Source of the DNA: Gammaproteobacteria bacterium | Lineage (GTDB): Bacteria; Pseudomonadota; Gammaproteobacteria; Eutrophobiales; Eutrophobiaceae | Length of the DNA: 64,000 bases | Direction: 5' to 3' | Assembly (NCBI GenBank): GCA_965238225.1 | Contig: OZ250183.1 | Coordinates: 864,001 to 928,000 of the forward strand | Shown here: positions 40,819 to 51,293 of the stretch, piece by piece | How positions within the stretch are numbered: position 1 is the stretch's first letter | How the letters are laid out: the number at the start of each line of letters is the position of its first letter | The notes under the pieces: generated by a model | The model's database searches: none | What the model saw: the letters and a program-made list of their open reading frames with translations, nothing else | Told to the model about the DNA's origin: nothing | Position numbers and translations under genes: made by a program

Positions 40819-42213
40819 ATGACAGTGGTTGAGCAAAGACAATCTATCGCAGTGGTTGAGCAAAGACAATCTATCCGTGGCCAATGGTCATCCCCTTGGG
40901 TTTTTATCATGGCAGCAACAGGTTCTGCTGTGGGCTTGGGCAATATATGGCGGTTTCCTTATATCGCTGGTGAATATGGCGGTGGCGCATTTGTACTCAC
41001 GTATCTTGCTTGCGTTTTGTTGGTTGGCATCCCAATCATGATATCCGAGGTTATGCTCGGCAGGCGAGGGCGCAAAAATCCTATCAACACACTAGAGACT
41101 CTATCCAAAGCAGAAGGCTTGAATCCAGCATGGCGCTATCTTGGCTGGATGGGTGTGGTTGCCGGTTTTCTAATCTTGTCTTTTTACAGTGTGATTGCCG
41201 GTTGGACGTTGGAATATATATTTCAGTCAGGCTCAGGTAATTTTCTAACAGCAACTGATGATGAGATTGGCGAAATTTTCAATGCCTTATTAAGTAGCCC
41301 AGTCCGATTATTGGCAGTGCATACCTTGTTTATGGCTTTGACAATTGCTGTGGTTGCTATGGGTGTGCAAAACGGTCTGGAGCGTGCTGTCAAATTTTTG
41401 ATGCCTGCGCTTTTTGTTCTGCTTGTGATTATGGTCGGCTACGCCATGTGCACGGATGGTTTTCAAGAAGGAATGCGTTATTTGTTTTATCCAGACTGGA
41501 GCAAATTATCGGGCGAAGGCTTTTTAGTTGCCTTAGGTCAGGCATTTTTTAGCCTGAGTTTGGGCATGGGTGCAATTATGGTTTATGGCTCTTATATGCC
41601 TCGTAATGCGTCGATTGTGCATACCTCTGTTAGTATTGCTTTGGTTGATATGTTTGTAGCCATTATGGCTGGAATTGCAATTTTCCCACTGGTTTTTACC
41701 TATGGCTTGGATTCAGGCCAAGGACCTGGGTTAATTTTTGTGACTTTACCCATAGCCTTCGGTCAGATGCCCTATGGCCAATTTTTTGGAACAGGGTTCT
41801 TTATTTTGTTGATGGTTGCTGCTTGGACATCATCTATTTCCCTGCTCGAGCCTGCTGTTGCATGGCTGGTTGAAAATCGCGGTATTAATAGAGTAAAATC
41901 TGCAGTAATCACTGGATTGATTGCATGGGTTTTGGGTATAGGTTCGGTCTTGTCTTTTAATCTCTGGCAAGATTATAAATTGTTTGATAAGACCTATTTT
42001 AGCTTGGTGGAATATGCGACATCTACTGTAATGCTGCCTTTAGGTGGTTTATTAATTGCTATATTTGCTGGATGGCTGGTGTCTAGAAAGGCAGTGGTTA
42101 AGGAATTAGGTCTTGGTGAGGGCGCTCTTTTTCAGTGTTGGTTGTTCGCTGCGCGTTATGTCGCGCCGCTTGGAGTGGTCGTTATACTTTTTCATGCTAT
42201 TGGGCTTTTTTAG
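40819..42213 (+). CDS. Sodium-dependent transporter, NSS/SNF family
   Basis: GSAVGLGNIWRFPY, GQAFFSLSLG. Confidence 0.95.
   Translation: MTVVEQRQSIAVVEQRQSIRGQWSSPWVFIMAATGSAVGLGNIWRFPYIAGEYGGGAFVLTYLACVLLVGIPIMISEVMLGRRGRKNPINTLETLSKAEGLNPAWRYLGWMGVVAGFLILSFYSVIAGWTLEYIFQSGSGNFLTATDDEIGEIFNALLSSPVRLLAVHTLFMALTIAVVAMGVQNGLERAVKFLMPALFVLLVIMVGYAMCTDGFQEGMRYLFYPDWSKLSGEGFLVALGQAFFSLSLGMGAIMVYGSYMPRNASIVHTSVSIALVDMFVAIMAGIAIFPLVFTYGLDSGQGPGLIFVTLPIAFGQMPYGQFFGTGFFILLMVAAWTSSISLLEPAVAWLVENRGINRVKSAVITGLIAWVLGIGSVLSFNLWQDYKLFDKTYFSLVEYATSTVMLPLGGLLIAIFAGWLVSRKAVVKELGLGEGALFQCWLFAARYVAPLGVVVILFHAIGLF
40823..40875 (+). repeat. 27-bp in-frame tandem duplication at the transporter N-terminus
   Basis: CAGTGGTTGAGCAAAGACAATCTATC twice (VVEQRQSI x2). 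Confidence 0.95.
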
Positions 42214-42222
42214 CTCTAAAAT

Positions 42223-42660
42223 ATGACCGAAATTAGTAAAACGACTGTTGTCCCTTACACACAAAAAGAGATGTATGTGCTGGTTAATGATATCGAGTCT
42301 TACCCTGCCTTTTTACCTTGGTGCACTGCTGCAAAAATATTAACCCAGGAAAAGAAAAATTTGACGGCAAGATTATCCCTTGAGTTAGGGAAAATTAAAC
42401 AATCGTTTGTCACGGAAAATATTATGCAAAATGGTTCTCAAATTGACATACGATTAATCGAAGGACCATTCACACATCTAAGCGGATGCTGGCGGTTTAT
42501 TCAAGAAAACGAACAATGCTGCCGTATTCATTTATATATGAGTTTTGAATTCAAAAACAAAATCCTGAAATATACTTTAGGCAAGGTGTTTTATAAAATA
42601 ATGGATTCTTTGATTGAATCTTTTGCACAAAGAGCTAGGAAAATCTATGGTAACCGATAA
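42223..42660 (+). CDS. ratA: RatA/PasT (Coq10-like START domain)
   Basis: LVNDIESYPAFLPWC, EGPFTHLSG. Confidence 0.93.
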   Translation: MTEISKTTVVPYTQKEMYVLVNDIESYPAFLPWCTAAKILTQEKKNLTARLSLELGKIKQSFVTENIMQNGSQIDIRLIEGPFTHLSGCWRFIQENEQCCRIHLYMSFEFKNKILKYTLGKVFYKIMDSLIESFAQRARKIYGNR

Positions 42661-42958
42661 TATATTGTCGACAACGATACCCATTGAGGTTGCGTATGCT
42701 TCGGCTAGGCAAAGCTGGTTGATTCCATTCGCAGCCAAAGAAGGAAGCACGGTGCGCGAGGCAATAGTAAGCTCCGGCATATTAGAAAAATGCTGCGATA
42801 TTAATTTACAAACAAATAAAGTCGGAATTTTTAGCAAAATTATTACGCTTGATGCGCAAGTCATGGCAGGTGATCGTATTGAAATATATCGTCCTTTGCT
42901 TCTTGATCCAAAAGAAGCAAGACGCCTGCGAGCAGAAAAAACAAAACAGGAAAAATAG
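42647..42958 (+). CDS. ratB: RnfH/RatB ubiquitin-like protein
   Basis: IEVAYA, GDRIEIYRPLLLDPKEARRLRA. Confidence 0.93.
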   Translation: MVTDNILSTTIPIEVAYASARQSWLIPFAAKEGSTVREAIVSSGILEKCCDINLQTNKVGIFSKIITLDAQVMAGDRIEIYRPLLLDPKEARRLRAEKTKQEK

Positions 42959-43199
42959 TATTTCCTGCAAAGCACATTGGCCTGAAGATTTTCAAGCGAA
43001 GAAATGTAGACAGTTAATCGAAGATGAATAAGTTGTTCAGTGAATTTGGCATATAATTGTCCATTTTCTCAAACAATAATTAAATCAGGCTGTGGTAATT
43101 GAATTTTTTCAATATCCAGATGATAGACATCGCCAATACGTGAGGTTGTATAATTTTTTAGATTGCTTCAATATCTTCTGTCAATGCATTTAGTTCTCT

Positions 43200-43682
43200 T
43201 TAATTTCCAAAGTCAAACCATCCGCTAAACAGGCCTTTCTTTTCTCTTTCTTCTGTAAGAATAATATTTGTTACAGCCTCGGCATCGTCTTCATCTCCTA
43301 CGCCATGGGAGCTTTTATAGATTGGAGTGATACTGCCTTCAAGGCGTGCTAATTTATTATCTTTAAAAAATATTGTTACATGGCGTTGGGAGCGCACACC
43401 TTCACCTGGTTCGACACTGTAAACGTATTCCCAACGGTTACTATGGAAAGGATCACGTAACAAAGGTGTGCCCATAATAAAACGTACTTTTTCTTTGGAC
43501 ATTCCGCGTTCAAGTTTGTCTATCATTGATTGTTCAATAACATTCCCTTGTTGTATATCAATACGGTATACGAATGGTATTTTGAAGTTGCCGTCAAAGT
43601 GCTTAGAACAGCCGATAATTTGGCTGGAGATGAAAATAGAAAAAACAATAAATAATATGATCTTGTTCAATAGAAGCTCCAA
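43200..43682 (-). CDS. bamE: Outer membrane assembly lipoprotein BamE
   Basis: Lipobox IIGC, YRIDIQQGN, GTPLLRDPF, RWEY. Confidence 0.93.
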   Translation of the reverse strand: MELLLNKIILFIVFSIFISSQIIGCSKHFDGNFKIPFVYRIDIQQGNVIEQSMIDKLERGMSKEKVRFIMGTPLLRDPFHSNRWEYVYSVEPGEGVRSQRHVTIFFKDNKLARLEGSITPIYKSSHGVGDEDDAEAVTNIILTEEREKKGLFSGWFDFGN

Positions 43683-44029
43683 TTATAAAGGATTGTAATG
43701 CCCCAAAGTCAATTTCTGAAAGGCGATGATTATATCGTAATGTAAAGTAAAGGGCACGTTTAGCTATGTTTCGTGTATGCGCATTTCAGGAAAGGCAGAT
43801 TCTTAAAACACTAAGCCGACGCAATTTCGCGAGATGTATTAAATACCGCGCATAAACACCATTAATTCAATCTTTATGAATACGAGAGAATAAAATGTAG
43901 TGGTGTCATAAGCACACATAATATGCGACTTAGACGCACAGGACATCTGTCTGTGAATTGGGTATACTTAAGACAGGAGTGGCAGTGATTTTTCTTAATT
44001 TTTATCCTTAAATCTTCAAGGAGTCATTA

Positions 44030-44440
44030 TTGGAAACACAAGATTTAAAAAATGCTGGACTCAAGGCAACCTTGCCAAGATTACGCATTCTTCAAATCAT
44101 GGAAGAATCCGATCAAAAACATCTAAGCGCGGAAGACATTTACAGGGCTTTATTGGATCTCAAGGAGGAGGTGGGTTTGGCCACTGTTTATCGCGTATTG
44201 ACCCAGTTTGAATCGGCTGGGTTAGTGATTCGGCACCATTTTGACTCCGGTCATTCAGTATTTGAACTAAATAGCGGCGGACATCACGATCACATGGTGT
44301 GTCTGAAAACAGGCAAAGTCATTGAATTTAAGAATGAGGAGATTGAACGTATTCAAGAGGAGATTGCTGAACAAAACGGATACAAATTAGAAGAGCATAG
44401 TTTGGTGTTGTATGTAACGCCCAAAAATGATGATTCGTAA
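44030..44440 (+). CDS. fur: Ferric uptake regulator (TTG start)
   Basis: GLKATLPR, GLATVYRVLTQFE, HHDHM; AGGAG RBS. Confidence 0.97.
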   Translation: METQDLKNAGLKATLPRLRILQIMEESDQKHLSAEDIYRALLDLKEEVGLATVYRVLTQFESAGLVIRHHFDSGHSVFELNSGGHHDHMVCLKTGKVIEFKNEEIERIQEEIAEQNGYKLEEHSLVLYVTPKNDDS

Positions 44441-44489
44441 TGTATGTTTATTCAGGCAATCGTTTATATTTTATTGGCGAGTGGTTCAA

Positions 44490-44517
44490 GGCGATTGATC
44501 TAGGGCGATTGATCTAG
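44490..44517. repeat. 14-bp tandem duplication in the fur-recN convergent gap
   Basis: GGCGATTGATCTAG x2. Confidence 0.85.
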
Positions 44518-44569
44518 CTTGAAGAAAATAAAACTAATCGACAGTACTCTATGTATTAATAACTTTTTA

Positions 44570-46231
44570 TCAAGTCTCTAACATCTCTTTTGCATGAATC
44601 AGGGTTTGTTCAGTAATCTTTACGCCGCCCAGCATTCTAGCGACTTCGTCAATTCTTTCTCTATCATCTAATCCGCTGACACGAGTCAATGTTGTTCCTG
44701 CATGAGTAGCTTTGGCAACTTGCATATGGTGTTCTCCTTGCGAGGCAATTTGTGCTAAATGCGTAACACACAATACCTGTCTTTTGGCAGATAAATCGTA
44801 TAAAAGTTTACCGACAATTTCAGCTACGCCGCCGCCGATACCGCTATCAACTTCATCAAATATCAATGTCGGAATACCTTTGTCCTTACTTCCTGTTATT
44901 TGTATCGCCAAGCTAATACGAGATAGCTCGCCTCCAGAGGCAACTTTACTTAAAGATTGCAGTGGTTGGCCGGAATTTAGAGAAACCAGATAATCAATTT
45001 TATCCATGCCGTTTTGTAGTGGCATATCTTTCTTCATATCGTTTATTTCGATCAAAAATTGCCCGCCAGACATCCCTAAATCGTTTAGTTTGTTAGAAAT
45101 ATCATGGCTGAGTTTTTTAGCCGCCCGCCGCCTGCTACCGCTTAATTTTCTAGTTGCCTTGTAGTAGTTTTCAGCTGATGACTGTTGCAGTGCGATTAAT
45201 TCTTGAAGGCGAGTTTCACTGTGTTCGAGATTATGCAGATCATCCTCTAAGGCAATAAGATGATCGCTCAGGGCTTCTGGTTGAATCTTGTATTTACGCG
45301 CCATATCATGAAAGCTGCCAAGTGAATCTTCAACGATTTTCAGTTGCTTTGGATCCAGTTCAAGCCTGTCTAAGTAATGTCGTAATTCATCACAGGCTTC
45401 GCCAACTTGGATAGATGCGCTATTTAGTAATTCAATGACGGTTTCTAAAGACGAATCAAATTTCTGAATATTTTGCAATTCGTTGAGGCTATGGCTGAGC
45501 CCGCTTTGAATTGAATGCTCGTCTTCAGAAAGCTGTTGAAATATTTTGTGGCATACTTCCATCAAGTGATTAGCGTTCGCTAATTTTTTATATTTTTTTT
45601 CGATTTCACTAAATTTCGATTCGCTCGGGTTAAGTGCCCGTAGCTCTTGAATCTGGTATTGAAGTAATGCAATTCGCGCATCATGATTGCTCTCGCCTCC
45701 GTTTAAACTCTGCAGCTCAATTTCTGTCTTATTCCATAGCTTCCATGCGTCTTTAACTGCATTTAATTCTTGCGTATAACTGCCAAACTCATCAAGAAGA
45801 TTTCTTTGAGCGTCTGTTTTTAGTAAGGATTGATGCGCATGTTGACCATGAATATCTACCATACATTCTCCTAGTGAACGTAATAATTGTGCTGGCACCA
45901 AACTGCCATTTACGTACGCACGTGAACGACCATCTTTATTAATTATTCGTCGTAGTATCAGCTCATCGTTGTAGTCAATCTCCTGTTTTGCCAACACGGA
46001 TTGGATCTCTTGCTCATTTTGCACATCAAAGATCGCAGTAATCTCAGTTCGTTCACAACCAGCGCGAACAATGCCGCTGTCTGAGCGGTCACCAAGCACT
46101 AGCCCAAGCGCATCTACCATAATAGATTTACCTGCACCTGTTTCACCTGTAAACACGGTCATGCCAGAATTAAAGGGAATGTCCAATTCTTCGATAACGG
46201 CAAAATTTCTGATATGCAGATGTTTTAGCAA
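44570..46231 (-). CDS. recN: DNA repair protein RecN
   Basis: GETGAGKS, ASGGELSR, IFDEVD, CVTHL; probable TTG start overlapping the nadK stop. Confidence 0.97.
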   Translation of the reverse strand: MLKHLHIRNFAVIEELDIPFNSGMTVFTGETGAGKSIMVDALGLVLGDRSDSGIVRAGCERTEITAIFDVQNEQEIQSVLAKQEIDYNDELILRRIINKDGRSRAYVNGSLVPAQLLRSLGECMVDIHGQHAHQSLLKTDAQRNLLDEFGSYTQELNAVKDAWKLWNKTEIELQSLNGGESNHDARIALLQYQIQELRALNPSESKFSEIEKKYKKLANANHLMEVCHKIFQQLSEDEHSIQSGLSHSLNELQNIQKFDSSLETVIELLNSASIQVGEACDELRHYLDRLELDPKQLKIVEDSLGSFHDMARKYKIQPEALSDHLIALEDDLHNLEHSETRLQELIALQQSSAENYYKATRKLSGSRRRAAKKLSHDISNKLNDLGMSGGQFLIEINDMKKDMPLQNGMDKIDYLVSLNSGQPLQSLSKVASGGELSRISLAIQITGSKDKGIPTLIFDEVDSGIGGGVAEIVGKLLYDLSAKRQVLCVTHLAQIASQGEHHMQVAKATHAGTTLTRVSGLDDRERIDEVARMLGGVKITEQTLIHAKEMLET

Positions 46232-47109
46232 ACTTCTGTGCCCCATCGTAATTTTGCTCGGAGAGTACTGAAATGATCGTATCCCTGGGGATGTATTAAT
46301 TTAATTTTTTGCCTTTTTTTCTGGATATGAATGCGATCGCTTGGGGTAAGTTCCGCTGTAACTTCACCGTCGCAGGTTAAGCGCGCATGATTATGTTTAC
46401 GCGTGCCAACAACAATCTCAATCAGGCTGTTGCCATCAATCACAATTGGCCTATTGGTGAGTGTGTGCGGGCAAATAGGCACAAGTGCCAAGGCATCCAG
46501 TGAAGGATGCAGGATAGGGCCGCCACCAGAGAGTGCATAGGCTGTTGAGCCTGTTGGTGAGGTCACGATTAATCCATCTGAGCGTTGCCGATGCACAAAA
46601 CTGCCATCTACGTAGACTTCAAATTCGATCAGTCTCGCGGTATTCCATTTTTGCAACACAACATCATTAAGCGCACTGTTTTTTAGGAGCGATTTACCCT
46701 CTCTCAGTAGCTCAACATGCAGCAGAAAACGTTCGTCTTCTATGAAGGATCCAGCAAAAATTTCATCGAGATGTTTTTCGATCGAATCTGCCGGGATATC
46801 TGCTAAAAATCCCAAGCGACCTTTGTTGATGCCTAATAATGGTATTTCATACAAACAGGCGAAATGCGAGGCTTTTAACATAGTCCCATCACCACCAATG
46901 GCGATCACTAAATCACAGTTCATTTCAAATTCATGCTCGTTTATGACGGGCAAGTCCGGTTGATTTACAAGGGTTGCACTGTCTTTGTCTAAAGTGCATT
47001 CTATTGCATTGGACTGGAGGTACCCAATCAGGCTTTCGAGTGTTTCAGCAACTTCTTTGGTGTTGGAATTACTGATTAGCGTGATGCGTTTGAACATATT
47101 GATTGCCAT
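46225..47109 (-). CDS. nadK: NAD kinase
   Basis: GGDGT, GRLGFL, TGSTAYALSGGG. Confidence 0.97.
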   Translation of the reverse strand: MAINMFKRITLISNSNTKEVAETLESLIGYLQSNAIECTLDKDSATLVNQPDLPVINEHEFEMNCDLVIAIGGDGTMLKASHFACLYEIPLLGINKGRLGFLADIPADSIEKHLDEIFAGSFIEDERFLLHVELLREGKSLLKNSALNDVVLQKWNTARLIEFEVYVDGSFVHRQRSDGLIVTSPTGSTAYALSGGGPILHPSLDALALVPICPHTLTNRPIVIDGNSLIEIVVGTRKHNHARLTCDGEVTAELTPSDRIHIQKKRQKIKLIHPQGYDHFSTLRAKLRWGTEVC

Positions 47110-47166
47110 CGTAAAAATTTAATCCTGCAAACTTAGCATTTGAGCCGCCACCAGACAAACAATGAT

Positions 47167-47193
47167 TTTGCACTCTTGTCGATAGAGTGCTAA
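47167..47193 (+). promoter_or_regulatory. CIRCE element upstream of hrcA
   Basis: TTTGCACTC-N9-GAGTGCTAA, one mismatch to the consensus. Confidence 0.9.
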
Positions 47194-47233
47194 ATTTTGC
47201 ACTTTGAATGGTGCAAGTCTTAAGGAAATTGGT

Positions 47234-48283
47234 ATGCCAAAATCTAAACAATTGCCAGAATTGACCGAGCGCGGTCTGTTTCTCTTTAAGTCATTGGTCG
47301 ATCACTTCATAGACAGTGGCCAACCTGTTGGTTCTTGTGCTTTAGCGCAGGATACGGGTTTGGATCTCAGCGCAGCGACAGTTCGTAATGTTATGTCAGA
47401 TCTGGAAGATTTAGGCTTATTACACTCGCCGCACACCTCATCGGGTCGTATTCCTACAGCGATAGGCTACCGCTTATTTGTCAATATATTATTGCGGACA
47501 GGGGATCTTGGCGCTGAAGAAATACAACGCATGACTGAAGAAATGGATGATGTGAGTAGTACACAAAATCTAATGCAAAAAACTTCATCAATGTTGTCAG
47601 GCATTACCCACCTTGCCAGTGTTGTGATGTTGCCTAGGATCGAACAAGGTATATTAAGCCAAATTGAATTCATTTCTCTGTCTAATAATCGTATTTTGGT
47701 TGTTCTTGTGATGAGTGATGATGAGGTACAGAATAGAATTATTCACACAGCCCAGCCATTTGGCGCATCAGAGCTGGAACAAGCAGCAAATTATCTGAAT
47801 AAAATGCTTAAAAATAATAGCTTAAGTGATATTCGTAATAACATGCTTGTTGAACTTGAAAATATGAAGAAGAACGTGAATCAGCTGATGCAGGCAGCCA
47901 TAGAAATGGCACAGAAAACCCTTGATGCCAGTGTACAGGATAGTGACTATGTGGTTGCAGGTGAAACTAACCTCATGGGCGTATCGGGATGGGATGATGT
48001 AGAACGGCTCAAGCGTTTATTCGACACCTTCAATCAGAAGCGTGATATTTTACATCTTTTGGAACAATCTATTAATGCCAAAGGGGTACAAATCTTTATT
48101 GGCGAAGAATCAGGCTACGAGGTATTTGATGATTGCAGTGTTGTCACCTCAGCATATGAGTCTGAAGACCGTACACTAGGCGTGCTGGGCGTGATTGGGC
48201 CTACACGTATGGATTATGAGCGCATCATCCCGATCGTAGATTTAACTGCAAAAATGTTGGGTTCGGCCTTGAATTCTAGGTAA
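47234..48283 (+). CDS. hrcA: Heat-inducible transcription repressor
   Basis: SAATVRNVMSDLE, PHTSSGRIPT, GVIGPTRMDY. Confidence 0.97.
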   Translation: MPKSKQLPELTERGLFLFKSLVDHFIDSGQPVGSCALAQDTGLDLSAATVRNVMSDLEDLGLLHSPHTSSGRIPTAIGYRLFVNILLRTGDLGAEEIQRMTEEMDDVSSTQNLMQKTSSMLSGITHLASVVMLPRIEQGILSQIEFISLSNNRILVVLVMSDDEVQNRIIHTAQPFGASELEQAANYLNKMLKNNSLSDIRNNMLVELENMKKNVNQLMQAAIEMAQKTLDASVQDSDYVVAGETNLMGVSGWDDVERLKRLFDTFNQKRDILHLLEQSINAKGVQIFIGEESGYEVFDDCSVVTSAYESEDRTLGVLGVIGPTRMDYERIIPIVDLTAKMLGSALNSR

Positions 48284-48296
48284 AGAGCCACCATCT
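48268..48296 (+). promoter_or_regulatory. Sigma32-type promoter for grpE
   Basis: CTTGAA-N15-CACCATCT. Confidence 0.6.
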
Positions 48297-48410
48297 AACA
48301 CTCAAACAAATCAGATACACAGTAATAAACCAAAAAATTACCGGTAAGCCATTGAAATGACATGGTTTTCCAGTTGTTTTTAATGTGAACAGTAGCTTTA
48401 AGGAAAATTT

Positions 48411-49088
48411 ATGACAGCTAAACAGAAAAATGAAGCAAGTTTGAATGCAACGAATCCAGAAGGAGCAATGCCAGAAGAAGCGATGATTGATGAAAAAGTG
48501 GCTCATGAAGAAGTTGAGGAACATGCGCATGATGTCAAGGCAGATGGCGCAAAGCATGAAGTCTGTGCCGAACTTGATGCTGATTGCGCCACAGACGAGG
48601 TCACAATCGAATCGCTTACAGCGCAGATTGCGGCTTTAAAGACACAGGCAACAGATAGTATGGATAAGGCAGTCCGTGCACAGGCGGAATTAGATAACGT
48701 ACGAAAACGCAGCAATCGTGATATTGAGAATGCGCATAAATACGCTCTGGATAAATTTATCAGTGAGCTATTGCCTGTGTTAGACAGTATGGAATTGGGT
48801 ATTCATGCTGCAAATAACAGCGCAGGAGAGGGAGAAGTGGCTGATATCAGTAGCTTACATGAAGGCATGGATTTAACCATGAAGATGCTCTCTTCATCTT
48901 TAGAGAAATCTGGGGTCAATCCCATTACCCCTAAAGAAGGTGATAAATTTAACCCTGAGCAACATGAAGCCATGACCATGCAAGAAATGGAGAGTACTGA
49001 ATCAGGCACTGTCATTAGCACGCTACAAAAGGGTTACACGCTAAATGGGCGGCTGGTAAGGCCAGCCATGGTGATTGTGGCGAAATAA
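48411..49088 (+). CDS. grpE: Nucleotide exchange factor GrpE
   Basis: AELDNVRKR, FNPEQHEAM, KGYTLNGRLVRPAMV. Confidence 0.97.
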   Translation: MTAKQKNEASLNATNPEGAMPEEAMIDEKVAHEEVEEHAHDVKADGAKHEVCAELDADCATDEVTIESLTAQIAALKTQATDSMDKAVRAQAELDNVRKRSNRDIENAHKYALDKFISELLPVLDSMELGIHAANNSAGEGEVADISSLHEGMDLTMKMLSSSLEKSGVNPITPKEGDKFNPEQHEAMTMQEMESTESGTVISTLQKGYTLNGRLVRPAMVIVAK

Positions 49089-49104
49089 TTTTTTTACTCT
49101 TGTC

Positions 49105-49133
49105 CTTGCAAAAGGCGGTGAGCAGACACATAT
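49105..49133 (+). promoter_or_regulatory. Sigma32-like promoter for dnaK
   Basis: CTTGCAA...ACACATAT, a degenerate match. Confidence 0.45.
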
Positions 49134-49201
49134 AGTAGGGAAGTGATAAAAAAGTACAGACATTTTTAATTAATTGATAACAGTTTTGGGGGAGTATAAC
49201 G

Positions 49202-51124
49202 ATGGGTAAAATAATTGGAATTGACCTTGGTACGACAAATTCTTGTGTCGCAATATTAGAAGGTGGTCAAGTCAAGGTGATCGAAAATAGTGAAGGTGGA
49301 AGAACAACACCTTCTATCGTTGCGTACGCGGATGGTGATGAGGTTCTGGTTGGGCAATCTGCAAAACGCCAGTCAGTTACAAATCCGGAGAACACTCTAT
49401 TTGCCGTCAAGCGTTTAATCGGTCGTCGATTCGAAGACGATGTAGTGCAAAAAGATATACACATGGTGCCCTACAAGATTGTTAAGGCTGATAATGGCGA
49501 TGCTTGGGTTGAAGTGAATAACAAAAAAATGGCATCGCCTGAAATTTCTGCGCGCGTTCTAATGAAAATGAAACAGACGGCAGAAGATTATTTAGGCGAG
49601 GAAGTCACAGAAGCTGTTGTCACCGTCCCTGCTCACTTTAATGATTCTCAGCGTCAGGCAACCAAGGATGCTGGCAAGATTGCTGGTCTTGATGTGAAAC
49701 GAATTATTAATGAACCGACGGCTGCAGCATTAGCATTTGGCATGGATAAGCAAGTAGGCGACGCAAAGATTGTGGTTTATGATCTGGGTGGCGGTACCTT
49801 TGATGTATCCATCATTGAGATTGCTGAAATTGATGGTGAGCATCAGTTTGAAGTGTTATCAACCAATGGCGATACTTTTCTCGGCGGTGAAGATTTTGAT
49901 TTACGCATCATTGATTTCATTTGTGATGAATTTAAGAAAGATCATGGGGTTGATCTGCACAATGATCCATTGGCTTTACAGCGGCTTAAAGAAGCTGCAG
50001 AAAAAGCCAAGATTGAGTTATCTTCAACGCAACAAACCGATATAAATCTGCCATATATAACAGCAGACGCAGGCGGTCCTAAGCACCTTAATATAAAAAT
50101 GACGCGCGCCAAATTAGAATCATTGGCTAAAGATTTGATTGATCGCACTATTGAGCCTTGCCGTATCGCTTTGCAAGATGCTGGGTTGACGGTTTCTGAG
50201 ATTACAGATGTTATTTTAGTTGGCGGTCAAACACGTATGCCCAAGGTACAGGAAACAGTCGCGCAATTCTTTGGCAAGGAACCGCGTAAAGATGTTAATC
50301 CTGATGAAGCTGTAGCCTCTGGCGCTGCGATTCAGGCGGGCGTATTAGGCGGTGATGTTAAAGATGTTCTGCTTTTAGATGTCACGCCGTTGTCTTTGGG
50401 TATTGAAACCATGGGCAGTGTAATGACTAAGTTAATTGAAAAAAATACAACCATCCCGACTAATGCCAGCCAGATATTTTCTACCGCTGAGGACAACCAG
50501 GGTGCTGTGACCGTACATGTTTTGCAGGGCGAGCGTGAAATGATGGTGGGTAATAAATCCTTAGGGCGATTTGATCTGGCTGATATTCCCCCGGCACCGC
50601 GTGGTGTTCCACAAATTGAAGTTAGCTTTGATATCGATGCAAACGGTATTTTAAATGTCTCTGCTAAAGACAAGGCAACGGGTAAAGAGCAGTCTATTGT
50701 CATCAAGGCATCAAGCGGTCTTTCAGACAAAGAAATTGAAAACATGGTAAAGGATGCTGAAGCGCATGCCGAGGAAGACAGCTTGGCTAAAGAGATGGTT
50801 GAATCTCGCAATATGGCAGACAACATGATCCATGCTTCTAGGAAATCTGTCGAAGAGTTGGGCGATAAGGTTGGAGAACAAGAAAAAACAGATATTGAAG
50901 CCGCGATTTCCGAGTTAGAAGATGCTCTGAAGGGTAAGAGCAAGGAAGCGATTGACGAGAAAACCACAAAACTAACAGAAATTTCCGGAAAATTGGCCGA
51001 ACGTGTTTACAAGCAAAATGCTGAGCAAGGCGAGGCTCAGGCACCTCCGACCGAAGCCAGTGCTGATTCTAAGGATGACGTAGTTGATGCCGAGTTCGAG
51101 GAAGTGAAAGACGACGATAAATAA
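49202..51124 (+). CDS. dnaK: Chaperone DnaK
   Basis: [24 protein letters not shown]. Confidence 0.99.
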   Translation: MGKIIGIDLGTTNSCVAILEGGQVKVIENSEGGRTTPSIVAYADGDEVLVGQSAKRQSVTNPENTLFAVKRLIGRRFEDDVVQKDIHMVPYKIVKADNGDAWVEVNNKKMASPEISARVLMKMKQTAEDYLGEEVTEAVVTVPAHFNDSQRQATKDAGKIAGLDVKRIINEPTAAALAFGMDKQVGDAKIVVYDLGGGTFDVSIIEIAEIDGEHQFEVLSTNGDTFLGGEDFDLRIIDFICDEFKKDHGVDLHNDPLALQRLKEAAEKAKIELSSTQQTDINLPYITADAGGPKHLNIKMTRAKLESLAKDLIDRTIEPCRIALQDAGLTVSEITDVILVGGQTRMPKVQETVAQFFGKEPRKDVNPDEAVASGAAIQAGVLGGDVKDVLLLDVTPLSLGIETMGSVMTKLIEKNTTIPTNASQIFSTAEDNQGAVTVHVLQGEREMMVGNKSLGRFDLADIPPAPRGVPQIEVSFDIDANGILNVSAKDKATGKEQSIVIKASSGLSDKEIENMVKDAEAHAEEDSLAKEMVESRNMADNMIHASRKSVEELGDKVGEQEKTDIEAAISELEDALKGKSKEAIDEKTTKLTEISGKLAERVYKQNAEQGEAQAPPTEASADSKDDVVDAEFEEVKDDDK

Positions 51125-51181
51125 GCTGTCAACATTGAATCCCGCCGAAGCAGATGGGTTTTGTTAAGGCACAAATACGCA

Positions 51182-51218
51182 GCCCGAAAGAGATGTTTTT
51201 TCTTTCGGGCTTGTTTTC
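51182..51218 (+). terminator. Hairpin between dnaK and dnaJ
   Basis: GCCCGAAAGA...TCTTTCGGGC followed by TTGTTTT. Confidence 0.7.
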
Positions 51219-51293
51219 GTGATGAAGATTCAACAAGCTTGGTAAGATACATTATCAATTAACGGCATTTAAGATTAGAACATACAGTTAAAG

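Noticed and set aside
42223-42958. RatAB as a novel toxin-antitoxin pair
   Set aside because: Conserved core locus near smpB/bamE; RatA is a Coq10-like protein
49620-49645. DnaK TVPAHFND instead of TVPAYFND
   Set aside because: A single substitution in an otherwise canonical gene; no functional claim supportable
50332-50967. 211-aa ORF antisense to dnaK
   Set aside because: Long antisense frames are a known by-product of hsp70 codon usage
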